A stretch of DNA of 63,996 nucleotides, the filler included, from Phoronis australis (taxonomy: Eukaryota; Animalia; Phoronida): NCBI GenBank assembly GCA_002633005.1. It is 9 parts of 9 records of this genome, joined end to end, with 100 filler letters (N's around TTAATTAATTAA, not from the genome) between each part and the next. Parts side by side here need not be neighbours in the genome. Positions count along the whole stretch, not along the records: positions 46,304 to 52,963 come from NMRA01000797.1; positions 53,064 to 60,666 come from NMRA01002001.1; positions 60,767 to 63,996 come from NMRA01001021.1; 6 more parts are not named here. One strand, given 5' to 3'. Position numbers and translations under genes: made by a program. Within the stretch, counting starts at the first letter, position 1. Each line of letters begins with the position of its first letter. Shown here one piece after another: positions 51,965 to 63,996 of the stretch. Under the pieces are notes generated by a model, which had not been told where the DNA came from, did not search any database, and worked only from the letters and a program-made list of their open reading frames with translations.

Positions 51965-53455
51965 TTCTCAGATCAACATTATACACGCAAGCCAGAACAT
52001 AATACAGTAGTGCAATAGTTTGCAACGTCTTGTATTCAGCTTTTGGTAAGATTACTCACTTTTGTACTATAGTCTGCATGAAAGATGGCTTAATTTCCTT
52101 TTTCCGTAAAGTTGATTGAGTTATACGGTAATTCCAATGCTTCGCATTATCCATTTAACCTTTAACGGCTTCTGTACTCCATGTGCAATTGCCAAACTAC
52201 AAGTGTAGCGTACTATAATTGTCAGGTACTTGGGACCCTGTTGAGAGACCTCAGTACAAACGTACTTCCCGTACTTCCGGTAGCCATTACTGTGTATATG
52301 TTTAGCCTATTTTTTTTCTTCACGTTAGCCGTTGTGCCCAACGTATCGTTTTCACAGCTAACATATACCTGCTACTCAGGCTATGTTCGTGACAACCGTG
52401 TCGCGTAGTCTTATTGTTGTAGCTGTGTTCTATTTTGTTCTTTTTTGGTCTAAGCGTCATATAGCTTCATGCTGGGCAATCTATCTGGGAGGCTATTTAT
52501 GAGAGAGCTTTGTATTACGTGTAGCCACAGAGTGCGGGCAACCTTATTATTTTATGTGTGTGATCTGTTTGCTCTGTGCGGGCGTCCCGAAAAGTCTCAA
52601 ACGCATACTATAGAGCCAAATCACTTCACTGAAATGTAGTTATCCTTAAATTTCGTTCTACTTGTTTTTTGTATGAGACTGTGTGGGCAATGCTTCTAAA
52701 TGTTTTTATTATAGTCTCATTATGAAAAATACTGGGAGAATAAGCCTTACCATGAGGATCAGTTTTTCTATCCTATGTTACATCATATTTGACATCGATG
52801 TTGTACTCTGTGAAATCTATGATGTGCTCGTGGATGTGTTTGTATTGTTTTTGTTTTGTTTTGTGTGTATGTGGTGTGAATGGGTCAGGATTGTACCATT
52901 ATTATTTGATTGTCATTTGATATATGTGCATAACCGTTGTAATGATGACAGGTGAACTTAAAGNNNNNNNNNNNNNNNNNNNNNNNNNNNNNNNNNNNNN
53001 NNNNNNNTTAATTAATTAANNNNNNNNNNNNNNNNNNNNNNNNNNNNNNNNNNNNNNNNNNNNTCGTCTCCTTGATACAAACCTATATGACGAATTTCAT
53101 GATTCAAAATACATTCATGAACTCCAAATATACAGTTTTGTCAGCTAAACGTAAAAATATTTTGTTACTTTGGGGCACAGTGGTATTTTGATTAGTTCTA
53201 CATTTGTTACCATTTGTCATTTGCTCCACAGGAACACTTCTTTCAAATTCTACAAAGCTCCTTCAAACCGTTAATGAGATTCAACCGCAGATGCAAAAAA
53301 AAAATAAAATCACCTCTGAGGGGCAACACAGCAGTAGGACTCGTCAACTTCAGCAATGGTCTCCTCATCAGGTATTTATGTGTAAATACTCATAATGACC
53401 CCTTTAAGCGGTATAGCAGATAGGGAGGTGGATGCAAGACAGATGCAGAAATAAT

Positions 53456-54714
53456 ACAAGAGCAACGCGGAGCGTTGAAATGCGCCCACAATTGCACCGC
53501 ATACGGTATCCTTCTAGGGTTGTTTATTGGTACCATAAAGTGGCCAGTAGAGGGCATACTTTGCAAAATGGAAAGGCATGGTCATTGTCTCCTCAATAGG
53601 CTAGGGGCAAAATGTGAGTAATCTTCATAATACAAGCACATCCTATACACCAGTTGCTTAAAGCACCACAGAAACATAGAATTAAAAACAAATTTACCAA
53701 CATACGAGATTAGCACAGCATTAGAATGCCAGAAACAAATTTCTACTTGGAACTTTTCCTTCANNNNNNNNNNNAAAATCATCGTCAACCATCCTCTACA
53801 TAGTAAGCATATGCATGCCAATTTTCACAATCATCCTTTGAGCCGTTTGGTTGATAGAGGGGTGGACGCACAAAAACAGACTCGAAAACACTAAAAATGG
53901 CCACTAGGTGGCGCAAACTATGTCGAATCCATCTGAAAACGGGAGGATAGCGTCATTTCACTAATAGGTGCCTACATACCAAATTTCATGAAAATCCAAC
54001 AAGGACTTGTGAAGATACAAAGGTAAGCGTAAAAAAATTAAAATTGCCACTAGGGGGCACACCGGTAGTCGGATCCGTCCAAAAGTCGTCATCTTCCGTT
54101 GTTAACATCATATAAATATACTTACACAATTTCGTAAAGATCCTGCGAACGGTTTAGGAGATACAGCCATAGGCGCAAAAAAACAAAACTGCCACTAGGA
54201 GGCGCCACAGTAGTCGAAATCGTCGGAAAATCATCGTCAACCGTCCTCTACATAGTAAGCACATACATGCCAATTTTCACAATCATCCTTTGAGCGGTTT
54301 GGTTGATAGAGGGGTGGAAGCACAAAAACAGACTCGAAAACAGTAAAAATGGCCACTAGGTGGCGCAAACTATGTCGAATCCATCCGAAAACGGCAGGAT
54401 AGCGTCATCTCTCTACTAGCTGCCTACATACCAAAATTTCATGAAAATCCGTTCAGGACTTTTGAAAATACAAAGGTAAGCGTAAAACATTAATATTGCC
54501 ACTAGGGGGCACACCGGTAGTCGGATCCGTCCGAAAGTTCGCACATGCCGTCCCATTCATGAATGGAACATATGTGCCAAATTTCATGAACGTATGTCAA
54601 AGGGTTTTGGAGATAGAGCAGCGGACGCCGGACGCCGGACGGACGCCGCCCGGACGGACGGACAGAGATGACGGCATAATGCGTCCACATATAAATATGT
54701 GGGCGCATAAAAAA
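53456..54714 (-). mobile_element. HINE family A, both ends present (small internal N gap)
   Basis: ACAAGAGCAACGCGGAGCGTTGAAATGCGCCCAC at the left and GTGGGCGCATAAAAAA at the right; reverse complement of the 258-2694 element. Confidence 0.87.
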
Positions 54715-54847
54715 TGGCCACCAGGTGGGCTAGAAAACATCAAATCTGTCTGAAAATTGGAAAGCATTGTTGCCTTAATAATAGAAATGTATTTGCCCAA
54801 TTTCACGAAAATACATTATGAGCTCCAAAGATACAGAGGCAAACATG

Positions 54848-56533
54848 ACAAGTGCAATGCAGAGCATTGAAATGCGCCCACGAATGCATTGCAAATGGTG
54901 TGCTTTTAGGGTTACATATTTGTATCATAAAAATGGCCACTAGATAGCACAAAAACATACAATCCATCCAAAAACAGGAACATGCCATATTTCATAAAAA
55001 TCTGTCAAGAAACTTCAGAGAAACAAAGGAAAACAGAATAAAATGAAATTGCCACTAGTGGGCACAGTGTTCATTGGATCCGCCTGAAAGTCTTCGTCGT
55101 CTGTTATTATCTTCGTATAAATACACTTACTAAATTCAGTAAAGATACTGCAGTGGGTTCAGGAGAAACAACTATGGGCGCAAAACAAAACTACCAGTCG
55201 GAGGCGCCACAGTCACCATCATCAAAGGTCGTCTTCACACTGAGAACATAATGCCAATTTTCAAATGATTTGGCTGATACAGGGGTGGACACCAAAAACA
55301 AGACTTGAAAAAAACCAAAAATGGCCACTAGGTGGTGCAAAATACCTCGATTCCATCCAAAAACAGGAAGATAGCATCATCACACCAATAGATACCTAAT
55401 ATTTAAAATTTTATGAAAATCTGTTGAGGACCTTTGAAGATACTGAGTAAAACGTAAAAAACTAAAATTGCCACTTGGGGGCACAGCACTAGTCAGATCT
55501 GTCCGAAAGTCGTCGTCATCCATAGTCAACATCATATAAATACACTTGCTACATTAAGTAAAGATCCTGCAAACGGTTTAGGAGATACAGCACAAAAACA
55601 ACAAAACTGCCACAGTACTCGAAATCATCGGAAAATCATCGTCAACTGTCTTCTTTATAGTAGCAAACATACCAATGCCAATTTTCACAATCATCCTTTG
55701 AGTGGTTTGGTTGATAGAGGGATGGATGCAAAAAAACAGACTAGAAAACAGTAAAAATGGCCACTAAGTGGCGCAAACTATGTCGAATCCATCCGAAAAT
55801 GGGATGATAGCGTCACTTCACTAATAGGTGCCTACATATTAAATTTAATGAAAATCCGTTAAGAACTTTTGAAGATACAAAGGTAAATGTAAAAAAGTTA
55901 AATTGCCACTAGGGAGCAAACCGGTACTCGGATCTGTCCAAAAGTCGTCGTCGTCCGATGTTAACATCATATAAATATACTTACAAAATTTTGTAAAGAT
56001 CCTGCGAACAGTTTAGGAGATACAGCCATAGGCACAAAAAAAACAAAACTGCCATTAGGAGGCGCCACAGTACTCAAAATCGCCGGAAAATCATCATCAA
56101 CCGTCCTCTTCATAGTAAGCACCTGCATGCCAATTTTCACAATCATCCTTTGAGCGGTTTGGTTGTTAGAAGGATGGACGCAAAAAACAGATTCGAAAAT
56201 AGTAAAAATGGCCACTATGGGGCGCAAACTACGTCGAATCCATCCGAAAACGAGAGGATATCGTCATCTGACTAATAGGTGCCTACATAGCAAATTTCAT
56301 GAAAATCCGTTCAAGGTAAGCAAACAAAAATAAAATTGCCACTAGGGGGCACACCGGTAGTCGGATCCATCCGAAAGTTCGCTCATGCCGTCCCATTCAT
56401 AAATGGAACATATGTGCTAAATTTCATGACCGTATGTCAAAGGGCTTTGGACGACGGACGCCGCCCAGACGGACGGACGGACGGAGATGAAGGCATAATG
56501 TGTCCACATATAAATATGTGGGCGCATAAAAAA
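54848..56533 (-). mobile_element. HINE family A, third complete copy
   Basis: ACAAGTGCAATGCAGAGCATTGAAATGCGCCCAC ... (GGAC)n ... GTGGGCGCATAAAAAA, with internal tandem units. Confidence 0.85.
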
Positions 56534-58539
56534 CATTTTGCCACTAGGGGGCACAGTGGTATTTGGACCAGTTCTACACTCGTTACTGTTTGTCGATGGC
56601 TCCATAGGAGATTTGGCTGCAGACGCAAAAACAACAAAATCTCCACTAGGGGGGTGACACAGTAGTCAGACCCATCAGAAAGTCAACTTCCGTCATGCCC
56701 CTTTCATCAGGAACAATTCTCATAATGATCCTTTAAGCAGTATGGCAGACAGCGAGGTGGATGCCAGGAAACGGACACAAAAAAAACAAAAATAGCCACC
56801 ACATGGGGCAGAAACAGGGACTCATCTAGCGGCCGTCCTGGCCGTCCTTGGGACGGCCCTTTTAAAAAAATGACGGCTTTGGACGGCACGGCCAAGACGG
56901 AAAAAAGACGGCCTGTTCCAAAACAACCTCGGCGAAAATGAAGACTAAACGAAGAATTTTAACATTTATTATTAATAAATTTCATTGAAACCTACAATTC
57001 CTTGTTTAAGTTCGCTAAATATTAAGAAATAACTCGACATTATAAACTTTTGCCGTCTATTTTTACTATAAATGTCACAATGACGATCGGCAAATACTGG
57101 CAGCCATTTTTGGGGAACACCTTCCTATTCTGTGACGTCAAGGTGGCTTCATACGGAATCCCCTGCACGACTAGTGTCGAGAAATATTGCATACAGCGCT
57201 AACTACCCGTACATGGACACTTAATCTTTGAAATTGAAGAACCGACACCCGAAGTTCAAAGGATTTGCCGTACCCCTAATGCTAGTTGCCGACGCGGAAG
57301 ATGAAGCGGCACTCGATATATTCGACGTAGCAGCCAATTTGAAATAGCCGACGGAGAACGTACACTTCGAAAAAAATGATAGCCCGGCAAAATTCTAGCA
57401 CTGACCTGCCGTACAAATTCCATCAATGTCGTTGAACATGCAAACCAGATAAAACTTAGCGCAAACTTCCTTAATTTGTTCGCATAACTCCGTTGCAACT
57501 CGAACGAATGAATGAAAAAATATCAAAAAAATCCGCACGGCCGAACGACTTATATTGATGCGCGAGAATGCAAAGCAAACTTTAAGAGAAAAAATGTGGT
57601 GTGTAATGTTGGTTACGTATTCAATGAATAGCTTAGAATGAAAATAAATGCCTCGAAATACTTCAACTTATTGTGGAATTCCATGATTATAGGGCGATTC
57701 GAGTTTATCCTCTTATGTGTGGCACTGCGTGCCGTATATGGAAAAAAAGTAGGTCAGCCAGTCACGTGCACAGCACCTGTTACATCGGCTGTGAACCTGG
57801 CCGGGGATTTGACTCTTAAACTGCGAGAAAAGAAAGGTTCCTTTTAAGTATAAATTTCTTGTAGCGTACCATGAAAGACAGTGATTGTCTTTTAACCTGG
57901 TAAGTTTCAATTCAACAAAGCGTCCACTCAAAATGCACTGCAGAAGACGTAACAACTACGATGTCCCCGGCGACCACTGGCTACGCTCGTAGCCAAACGA
58001 CGTGAAATTTACGAGTAAAGCGCTCGGAAAAACGTTTAAAAAACGTAAAAATACGAATGCCAAATTCAAACACGGAGTTTCGACGTTTTTTTGGTCNNNN
58101 NNNNNNNNNNNNNNNNNNNNNNNNNNNNNNNNNNNNNNNNNNNNNNNNNNNNNNNNNNNNNNNNNNNNNNNNNNNNNNNNNNNNNNNNNNNNNNNNNNNN
58201 NNNNNNNNNNNNNNNNNNNNNNNNNNNNNNNNNNNNNNNNNNNNNNNNNNNNNNNNNNNNNNNNNNNNNNNNNNNNNNNNNNNNNNNNNNNNNNNNNNNN
58301 NNNNNNNNNNNNNNNNNNNNNNNNNNNNNNNNNNNNNNNNNNNNNNNNNNNNNNNNNNNNNNNNNNNNNNNNNNNNNNNNNNNNNNNNNNNNNNNNNNNN
58401 NNNNNNNNNNNNNNNNNNNNNNNNNNNNNNNNNNNNNNNNNNNNNNNNNNNNNNNNNNNNNNNNNNNNNNNNNNNNNNNNNNNNNNNNNNNNNNNNNNNN
58501 NNNNNNNNNNNGACTCGTCAGTCTCACAAATTTGGACCC

Positions 58540-58900
58540 CCAATTTTCAAATCCTAGATGAGTCCCTGGGCAGAAAACATCAAGCCTGTTATGATACCAC
58601 AAGCGGTTTATGACACATAGCAGCAGGCACCAGACACCCAGACAGAGATGACAGCAACATGCACCCACATATTAATATATGGGTGCATAAAAATCGGTTA
58701 TGGAACTCCAAAGATAAAATTGCCATTAGGGAGCACACCGGTAGTCGAATCCATCTCAAAATTCATTCAACCCATCCTATCCATGATGGAACATTCTGCA
58801 AAGGTTCATGAACGATTATCCAAGGGTTTTGGAGAAACAGCAACAGATGCCAAACAGATGCCAGATGGACAGATATGGATGATGACATAATGAGCCCAGT
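58540..58900 (-). mobile_element. Degenerate HINE family A 5'-end fragments
   Basis: GCACCCACATATTAATATATGGGTGCATAAAAA and TTGCCATTAGGGAGCACACCGGTAGTCG. A similar decayed fragment lies at ~46650-47140. Confidence 0.6.
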
Positions 58901-60122
58901 GACTAAAAAATTAACAAGACACGTTGTAACAAGAATTATTTTCTACGTCTACAGCTGCACTTGCCAATTCTTAATCATTTGATGTGCAAAAGGTGAATCA
59001 TCAAAAATTACTTTAACACAGGTCAATCTTTATAGTTCATTTTCATGTTCTCAATCATGACACTTCAGTCCAAATTTGAAGCCCAATTATTGCAACCACG
59101 CAATTTCATCCTTATGGGCGCAACAGACAAAAAGAATTCTTGCCCTTCCTTAATCAATATTATTTCTGAAGTCTATAGGTCGTAGCATTTACGCCAACTT
59201 CTAGCCTATTTACATTTGATAGGACGTTCTGAACACTTATTTTTCTCAACGCCTACAGGAATTTTAGCAGTCCTGCATCAAATTTTCTCGTTTCATACGT
59301 TTTTTTCCAAAATAAACTGGGTGCTTCAGCTTCAGTTACGCAGGTTGGTGTAAATAGGCTAACAGATTATAAACATGATGTCACTACACCACCACTTCAC
59401 AGCAGAGCTAAGAAGTCTTTTCTTATCAACTGAAAAAAAACAGCTCTCCAACACAACTTCGAAGTTTTGACATTTTTTTATGTTGGTTATCAGCACAGCT
59501 AGTTTGAAGGTCACAGGCTTGTCTGTCCTCTTGGGGGCATTAGGTAAATTTTCTAAGCAAAATGTAAACTCGGCCTGTGGCCATTTCGAAAACAATTTTT
59601 TTAAATGTGAGACTCGATTGAACCAAGAGTGTGCACACCAATTCTAAGGTTTATGACAAAGAAATCCGGGATGTCACATTAACTTGAAATTTACTCCAAA
59701 GTACCGTATTTAAAATGGGTTTTTGTGGTCGCACATCAAAACTAGAAAAAACAAACTCTATGAAGCCATGTTACAGAGAAATAAGTCAAATACGACAAAG
59801 TTTTTTGATCAGGATTAATATTACTAACCCATGTTCATTATGACACAAAATATAGGGCTCACACGATTCCTAACATTTTAAGACATGGATAGGGATTTGC
59901 TGCTCATCAAAGACGCAGAAAATATATAGATGATAATTTATAAATATGTTCTCAAAATACAGTCAGGGACAACTTAAACCTCCCAACAAAAGTTACGTGC
60001 TTCAAAAATGTTCAATTTAGAAGTAAACACTGTCTCCTACAATTTCAGCCTGTGTGAACAACACAGTTTTGTGCTGTAAAAAAGGCTGACAGTCGTAACT
60101 AAATAATGATCGCACTACTCAC

Positions 60123-60209
60123 TGGTCGCAGAGGTATAAACACAGGTACACCACCAGCCAATCGAACCATAGGCTCATAACAGTCAAAGAACGGCTCAAT
60201 GATTATAAC
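60123..60209 (-). CDS. KYAT3: Kynurenine--oxoglutarate transaminase (KYAT1/KYAT3 family) internal exon
   Basis: 87-nt phase 0-0 exon, acceptor attccag, donor gtgagt; [29 protein letters not shown] is the conserved KYAT1/3 segment. It is absent from the ORF track, and KYAT1 vs KYAT3 cannot be resolved. Confidence 0.88.
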
Positions 60210-60766
60210 CTGGAATACAGTGAGGCAAAATTAATTATTACTTGAAAATGATGATTCGATATTAATTTTGTGCTCACTTTCATTGAGAAGAAAAATACTA
60301 CACCAAGTTCATAGTTCATCTTCCAACAAAATAAGTTACAATTTCACTTACTATTGTTCACAAAAAGCTGTTGCTCATCTAAGCAATGACAGAGAATTGC
60401 AAACAGGTAGGAGCATATTTTATATCTGTCATTCAAGGGATTTTTCAGACTAAGCCACAGGCCATAGCCTGTCGCCGGGACGACAAACATCCAAATGGTG
60501 CTGACACCAACATGCACTAATGTGTGTTGTATATAATGTGGAATCACAAAAACACAAGGAGGAGCATGGAAAGTAATTCTGACAGAAAGGGCAATTAAAA
60601 AAATAATCATTGACTTGTAAATAGTTGCAAACTTCTACCTCTCAAAGGACTCTATTTTATCCAAGTNNNNNNNNNNNNNNNNNNNNNNNNNNNNNNNNNN
60701 NNNNNNNNNNTTAATTAATTAANNNNNNNNNNNNNNNNNNNNNNNNNNNNNNNNNNNNNNNNNNNN

Positions 60767-60992
60767 CAAAAAAGTGCATTAGTAAAATCAACAAGTTTTT
60801 AAGTGGTCTCAAAAAAACAGTCGGTAAATGCATTAATTTTAGTCTCAGTTCTTCCACGCGTGTTTCTCCCGAGAGGTTAGTACCTAACGTGCAGACGAGC
60901 GTTCCAAATTGGAACGCTAAGTCCCGCGTGGCAGCGCTGCACGCGAAACAAGATGGCGGACGACCTTTGGAGACTGACGACGAGAGGTAATC
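60767..60992 (+). repeat. Second copy of the repeat at 34975-35205, lying in MAD2L1BP intron 1
   Basis: Direct sequence match; similarity stops at AG|GTA. Confidence 0.85.
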
Positions 60993-61241
60993 GGACTATA
61001 CTAATCATATAGCTAGCTGGCTGGCTTCTAGTAGATCCAGAGATGGGTTCCGAAGACGCAAGACACTCACGTCAACAGGATGCAGCCCTGATCACTTAAT
61101 TCATATACTAGAAATTATACACACGAGTCTCAAAAAAGAAATGTTAGCAACGAACAAGCAAAAGTTTCTGAAAATTCAGAATCGGAAAGGCCAGGAGTCA
61201 GGACGCCGCCAGGAGAAACTGATCTTAGGTCCGGGGCTTAC

Positions 61242-61409
61242 CATTGCCTTCATGTCCCTCTCCATCTGAGAATAAGATAAAGGTATTTGATTACGTTGAT
61301 ATAAAACATGTTTCAGAAACTCTGATGACAATGTGCCTGCAATTGTCGGATCTACGTCCCCTTTCAGAGAGAAATCATTAATCGAAACTTCGCGCCGTCT
61401 TCCAAACAT
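61242..61409 (-). CDS. MAD2L1BP: p31comet / MAD2L1-binding protein, first coding exon
   Basis: ATG at 61409, 56 codons, donor gtaagc. EFLKHVLYQRNQIPLSYSQM matches the HORMA-like p31comet motif ELLKHIMYQRQQLPLPYEQL (from recall). Confidence 0.78.
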
Positions 61410-63996
61410 TTTAAAACGTTCCCGCATAATACTGACATTAAGAAATGGGAACAACTAATAGATGGCACTGTCAGTCACAGGACTTAGTGAAGTAGTGATT
61501 GTTCTATTCGGTAACTATGATAGCGTTTCTAGATACCGTGGGAGTGCTCACGTCTTTCAGTTGGCGTTAGGCCTACTACAGAACAAGTTTCTCAGCTGGA
61601 AGAGTTTCCTAAGTATTCCTTATTTACAGAGTGGACAAAAATCATAAAATACCCAGTTTATACGCGTATATAAATTACATATATAGGCTAAGAATTAAGA
61701 GGTCGAATTTTCTTTAGCAAAGTGAAATGCGTTATTTCGAATAAGCGCATCTGGGTCTAACACGAGCATGCCTACGGCAAATGCTATGTACTCTCTCGGA
61801 ACGTGTTTTTTTGTGATCATGCGGACATCATGCTTACGAAAACGGTGCAGGAATATTTTCAAAATCACGAATTTTTTCCTTTAGTTCCCGAGTTCACTGA
61901 GTACGCTCGATCCACAGTGACGGATCTACGGGGGGGGGGGGGTTNGGACCCAAAAATAAAAAAACACAAAAATGTCTCCAGCAAAACAAAAACGGCACTG
62001 CTAGCGTGTGTAACCCTCAAGTAAACCAACTTGGAAAAAATTGAGGGGGGTTCACTCTGAAAATTTTTTGCATTGTGAATTGCTGAGTCTTCGGCAAAAC
62101 GCGCGGAGATTAATTGTTCGCGCGCTTCCGTCGACACTTCTGAAGTAGCCATGCATTTTAGATGGATTCACCACTGAAAGAGCAATTCTATAGCTGATTT
62201 CTTTAGGTAACTAGGTTCTTTACTCTAAGATATGTTTTGATTTAAATCAGGGGAAATACTGCGGTGCCGTAACCCTGATATTCAGGCGAATTGACGTGCA
62301 ACGTTTTTACCTCATCTGTCATGCCGTGTCATTCTATTACACTCCACACGTTTGTAACTGATGTATAGTAAAGTTGTCTTGAGCAATATCCTACAGTGTA
62401 CATGCACATGTAATATTATTGAAAAAAATTCTTTTTCCGAAGAATTGCTATTGTGGCGGACGCCGTGGTCTGGTCGCGAGTCCGTTTGAAGATGCACTCT
62501 AACAAGTTATGTCCATACAAGGAATGACCAAGGGGGCACTCACATTGACAAAGTGACCGCATTCGCGAACAATGTACACTACCAGAAATTGCGGCGAGGC
62601 TGTTCTTTCACAACAAAGTCTTGCGGGACTCGTGCGATGTTCAATAGGCCTCCTAAGGAGCCCTAGTGCCGACCTCAACACCTACCGTCTTTCTACCTGC
62701 AATAAGCACACTGCCGTCTTCTATACTGGGAATTTCCGCAGAAAGGCCCACCCGATGAAACGCTCATCATAATGCCCATGGGCATTTATTTGATATTAGT
62801 ACTTCGGGTTTCAAGCGTTCAGACATTGTGACGTTTATTTAGAAAATTGCAAGAGATGCAAATAAGTCTTGGGATACATCGTCAAGGTTTGAAGTAGTCC
62901 ATGATGAACGGATCAAATTTAAATGCGCATGTAAGTCTTTTAAATGGATTTGGCAACATCAAGGGTCTTAGTGCCAACTGAGCTGCGAAACGAGATGCTG
63001 ACATTGTAGAGGCTTACAAGCTCACTGACATAGCAGTTGACGAAGTGCAAGCGTTGGGAACAAACATCGAAGATATCTGGGTAGAATAGTTCCAAGACGA
63101 GCAAACCATTGGATCCGATATACAAATTCCTCGGCAGTCTAGACAACAGGATAGAACTAACGTATGAGTTACCACTGGGGATTAAATATTTTAGAGAGAA
63201 GTTTTCAATTCAAAATTTTTTACAATAGTACACTTTAGGTCTCGCGACGGACCACTGAGGCCAGCTTGATTTGTGCAGATGTTGAGTTTCAGTGTACTTC
63301 TGGTCCCTCGGCGAACTAGTATTGTGATTTTTTACCAAAGTGTGCTTTGTAAAACTATTTATCTCAGCCAGTACTGTTTGGTCCCGCGACAGATCGACTA
63401 TTTTTATAGGGATAATAAGCACAGGTGCACTCTTGGTCTCGTGATGGACCAGGTCAGCCTTTTTGTGTACTCTCAGTGTACATCTGGTCCCTCTGCAAAC
63501 TAGTCCAGTGTATCTTTTCACCACTGTGCACAGGATGTTTTGGTTTCGTGAAACTGTTTTCAGATGATTTGTTTCCTGATACACTGACGTTTTTCAATTG
63601 TTGTCAACGTGATTCAGCTTAATAAAATGATACTTACTTATTTATTGTCGCTTTTAATAATAGACTATGAGTTGAGAGCACCATCGTTCGCCAGTTTTTC
63701 TCGTAACGAGACAGAACACATGTTTATTTCCGGACTAACAGTACAGGTCTTCGTTCTTAAACAACTTGAGGCTGCTGTTACGCGATCATCTGATATTCAA
63801 GTTTTTACGCCCCGTCGGTGCTCCTTATGCTCTTGAATATTTGGAAGTTGTCTAAACCCCTGTATACACACCACACTTTTTCGTATACGACTTTTCGTAT
63901 GCTAAAAAAGGTGTGTGTAAGCAGATGTTCCAACAAAAATTTTTGCTGGTGGCTTGACTCATACCCAGATGTGCACAATATGGTTTCACGAAACTT

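Noticed and set aside
61865-62152. First exon of another gene (MATSEVSTEAREQLISARF...)
   Set aside because: Plausible start context but no recognisable homology and only a weak donor; the ORF runs into a CAGTG.CGGATCTA-type MITE fragment.

Overview
AT-rich, intron-containing, repeat-dense animal genomic DNA, probably from a lophotrochozoan invertebrate such as a mollusc (inferred from repeat types). It is a draft assembly of nine contigs joined by identical 100-bp spacers (44 N + TTAATTAATTAA + 44 N), so adjacency across spacers is not established. Host-gene content, all on the minus strand: five spliced LDLa exons of megalin/LRP2 (8171-11182); a disrupted, intron-containing Ser/Thr-kinase pseudogene (~12.5-14.8 kb); a SUEL/Gal-lectin-like exon (39574-39879); the terminal exon of a probable receptor with a 16-tyrosine cytoplasmic tail (44676-45273); one kynurenine aminotransferase exon (60123-60209); and exon 1 of p31comet/MAD2L1BP (61242-61409). 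Mobile DNA: two families of Helentron-type non-autonomous elements (one nested in older copies of itself), a Kolobok deletion derivative with a THAP ORF facing a convergent second ORF, Harbinger-type and TTAA-flanked MITEs, a Penelope GIY-YIG remnant followed by a tRNA-like segment and a degenerate hammerhead ribozyme, and a LINE ORF1 remnant. The best candidate for novel biology is the tyrosine-motif receptor tail next to a lectin-like exon, possibly a tandem immune/recognition receptor cluster. No prokaryotic-type system (CRISPR etc.) is supported. All family assignments come from motif recognition by eye, not database searches.
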